DNA of 64,000 nucleotides from Acidocella sp. (GTDB lineage: Bacteria; Pseudomonadota; Alphaproteobacteria; Acetobacterales; Acetobacteraceae): positions 8,289-72,288 of the forward strand of contig DAIDJU010000189.1 of NCBI GenBank assembly GCA_027451225.1, written 5' to 3'. Made by a program: the position numbers and the translations under genes. The first letter of the stretch is position 1, and each line of letters opens with the position of its first letter. Under the pieces are notes generated by a model that worked only from the letters and a program-made list of their open reading frames with translations, did not search any database and had not been told where the DNA came from. Positions 62,077 through 64,000 of this stretch are shown piece after piece.

Positions 62077-63209
62077 CCAAGCCCACCAACTACCTGATCC
62101 GGATGATCCTGTTCTGCGTGGTGGTTTACAGCGTCGCAGCACTGGTCTCACCGCAGCTCGCGCGCTTCTACATGGCCAATCCGGTGATCAACACGGTCAT
62201 CGTGGTGGTGGAGCTGTTCGGCGTGGTCTGGAACATCCGCCAGGTGCAGCGCCTGTACCCCGAGCTCGCGTGGGTCGAGGATTTCCGCCGCCACCGCGAG
62301 CGGCTGGAACAGGCCGCTCCGCCCGTGCTGCTGGCCCCGATGGCCCGCATGCTGCACGGCCGCGCCGATGGCGAGCGCCGCATCACCCTCTCCGGCCCGG
62401 CGATGCGCACGATCCTGGACGGCGTCTCCGTCCGCCTGGATGAAAGCCGCGACCTCTCCCGCTACGTGACCGGGGTGATGATCTTCCTCGGCCTGCTCGG
62501 CACGTTCTGGGGCCTGCTGCGCACGGTGAGTTCGGTGGCCGAGGTTATCAACGGCATGAGCCTCGCGGGCGGGGATGTGAACGGCATGTTCGCCCAGCTC
62601 AAGGGTGGCCTCGCCGGGCCGCTGGCGGGCATGGGCACGGCGTTCTCGTCCTCCATGTTCGGCCTCTCCGGCGCGCTGATCCTGGGCTTTCTGGACCTCA
62701 CCGCCGGGCAGGCGATGAACCGCTTCTTCAACGAGCTGGAGGAGTGGCTGGCGGGTGTCACCCGGCTTTCCACCGGCGCGCTGGCGGGCGATGGCGAAGG
62801 CAACATCCCCGTCTATGTACAGGCCCTGCTGGAGCAAACGGCCGAGAACATGGATCAGCTCCAGCGCCTGCTGGCGCGGGGCGAGGAAGGGCGCATCCAG
62901 AGCCACGCCGCCGTGGTGGCGATGACCGAGCGCCTCACCAATCTTTCCGACACACTGCGCATCAACCAGCAACTCATGGAACGGATCGCCAGCGTGCAGA
63001 CCGAGCTGGCCCCGGCACTTGCCCGCGTCGCCGAGCCCAAGCCCGCCGATGAGGTGGCGCGCGCTCACTTGCGCAATATCGAGCTGCTGCTCTCCCGCCT
63101 GCTCACCGAGAGCGAACAGGGCCGCGCCCAGAACCTCTCCGAACTGCGTAGCGATTTGAAGGTGCTGACCCGCACCGTCGCCGGGCTGGCGGACAGCGCC
63201 CGCGCATGA
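62073..63209 (+). CDS. MotA/TolQ/ExbB-family channel protein with long C-terminal tail
   Basis: FLGLLGTFWGL and GMGTAFSSSMFGL helices. Confidence 0.82.
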   Translation: MTKPTNYLIRMILFCVVVYSVAALVSPQLARFYMANPVINTVIVVVELFGVVWNIRQVQRLYPELAWVEDFRRHRERLEQAAPPVLLAPMARMLHGRADGERRITLSGPAMRTILDGVSVRLDESRDLSRYVTGVMIFLGLLGTFWGLLRTVSSVAEVINGMSLAGGDVNGMFAQLKGGLAGPLAGMGTAFSSSMFGLSGALILGFLDLTAGQAMNRFFNELEEWLAGVTRLSTGALAGDGEGNIPVYVQALLEQTAENMDQLQRLLARGEEGRIQSHAAVVAMTERLTNLSDTLRINQQLMERIASVQTELAPALARVAEPKPADEVARAHLRNIELLLSRLLTESEQGRAQNLSELRSDLKVLTRTVAGLADSARA

Positions 63210-64000
63210 AGCGGCGGCGCGGCACGGATAACGGGCTGGAAGCCTGGCCGGGCTATGTGGATGCGCTTTCCACCCTGCTCATGGTCATTATCTTCGTGCT
63301 GCTGGTGTTCGTGCTGGCCGAAGCGTTCCTCTCCTCGGCACTGTCCGGCTCCAACAACACCATCGATAAGCTGAAGCAGCAGATCGCCGAGCTGACGCAG
63401 AGCCTCTCGATGGAAACCACCAAGGACGCGACGCTGAGCCAGGAGCTGGCGGCGCTGAACGCGCAGCTCGCCAGCGCGCAGGCGGCCAATGCCAGCCTCA
63501 CCCAGCAGCTCTCCACCGACACCTCCACCATCGGCACGTTGCAGGATTCGCAGAAATCGCTCCAGGCCCAGCTTTCGGACGCCCAGGCCCAGGCGGCTTC
63601 GGCAACCGGGCGCATCTCGGCCTTGCAGACGCAGATGGAAGCCATCGCCGGCACGCCGGACATGCAGCAGAAACTGGCGGACGCGCAGAAACTCTCCACC
63701 CAGGACGAAGCGCAGATCGCCCTGCTGAACCAGCAGATGGCCGCCCTGCGCGCGCAGCTCGCCGCGTTGCAGACGGCGCTCGACGCTTCCCAGGCCGCCG
63801 ACAAGGCCGACAAGGTGCAGATCGTGGATCTTGGCAAGCAGCTCAACGAGGCACTGGCCCGCAAGGTGGAGGAGTTACAGCAATATCAGAGCGTGTTCTT
63901 CCGCACGCTGTCCGAAAGCCTGAAGGGCGAGAAGAACATCAAGGTCGTAGGCGACCGCTTCGTGTTCGAGAGCGACGTGCTCTTCCCCGTGGACGAGGCG
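63206..64000 (+). CDS. MotB-like protein with long coiled coil (runs off right edge)
   Basis: WPGYVDALSTLL TM with Asp, heptad stalk, FVFESDVLF start of OmpA-like domain. Confidence 0.82.
   Translation, partial: MKRRRGTDNGLEAWPGYVDALSTLLMVIIFVLLVFVLAEAFLSSALSGSNNTIDKLKQQIAELTQSLSMETTKDATLSQELAALNAQLASAQAANASLTQQLSTDTSTIGTLQDSQKSLQAQLSDAQAQAASATGRISALQTQMEAIAGTPDMQQKLADAQKLSTQDEAQIALLNQQMAALRAQLAALQTALDASQAADKADKVQIVDLGKQLNEALARKVEELQQYQSVFFRTLSESLKGEKNIKVVGDRFVFESDVLFPVDEA

Noticed and set aside
62073-64000. Zorya anti-phage system or flagellar stator
   Set aside because: Housekeeping context and host-like composition; no zorC/D/E or flagellar genes visible, though the right edge is truncated

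Overview
GC-rich alphaproteobacterial chromosome segment; gene content (AarC-type CoA transferase, Hint_2 protein, MmgR-like sRNA) suggests Acetobacteraceae such as an Acidocella-like acidophile (inference). Left to right: amtB, UbiH-like hydroxylase, Kef antiporter, lower-GC fatty acid desaturase, PBP1A, tRNA-Leu(UAA), an orphan tadG-tadE-tadE trio, an O2-tolerant group 1d-type [NiFe] uptake hydrogenase cluster with convergent hypCDFE and hyaABCDEF-rubredoxin-hypAB modules, AarC-like CoA transferase, a CBS-FtsH-APH/AAA kinase operon, a sigma54/AcoR-type aldehyde dehydrogenase unit, hemN, a sulfur assimilation region (cysK, DUF2849-CysI fusion, two YeeE/YedE, cysE) interrupted by a Hint protein, tRNA-Ser(GCU), housekeeping genes, 6S RNA, epmA/epmB, a ferredoxin-truncated globin-Zn-ribbon fusion, an autotransporter, efp, suhB and a non-flagellar MotA/MotB-like pair. 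The non-coding layer is rich: three perfect and two near FNR boxes, two sigma54 promoters, two related SuhB/MmgR-like sRNAs (one behind a perfect FNR box) and two RPE-like palindromic elements. No CRISPR array, integrase or transposase seen. All calls are by eye from motifs; no database searches were run and several start codons are my own choice.
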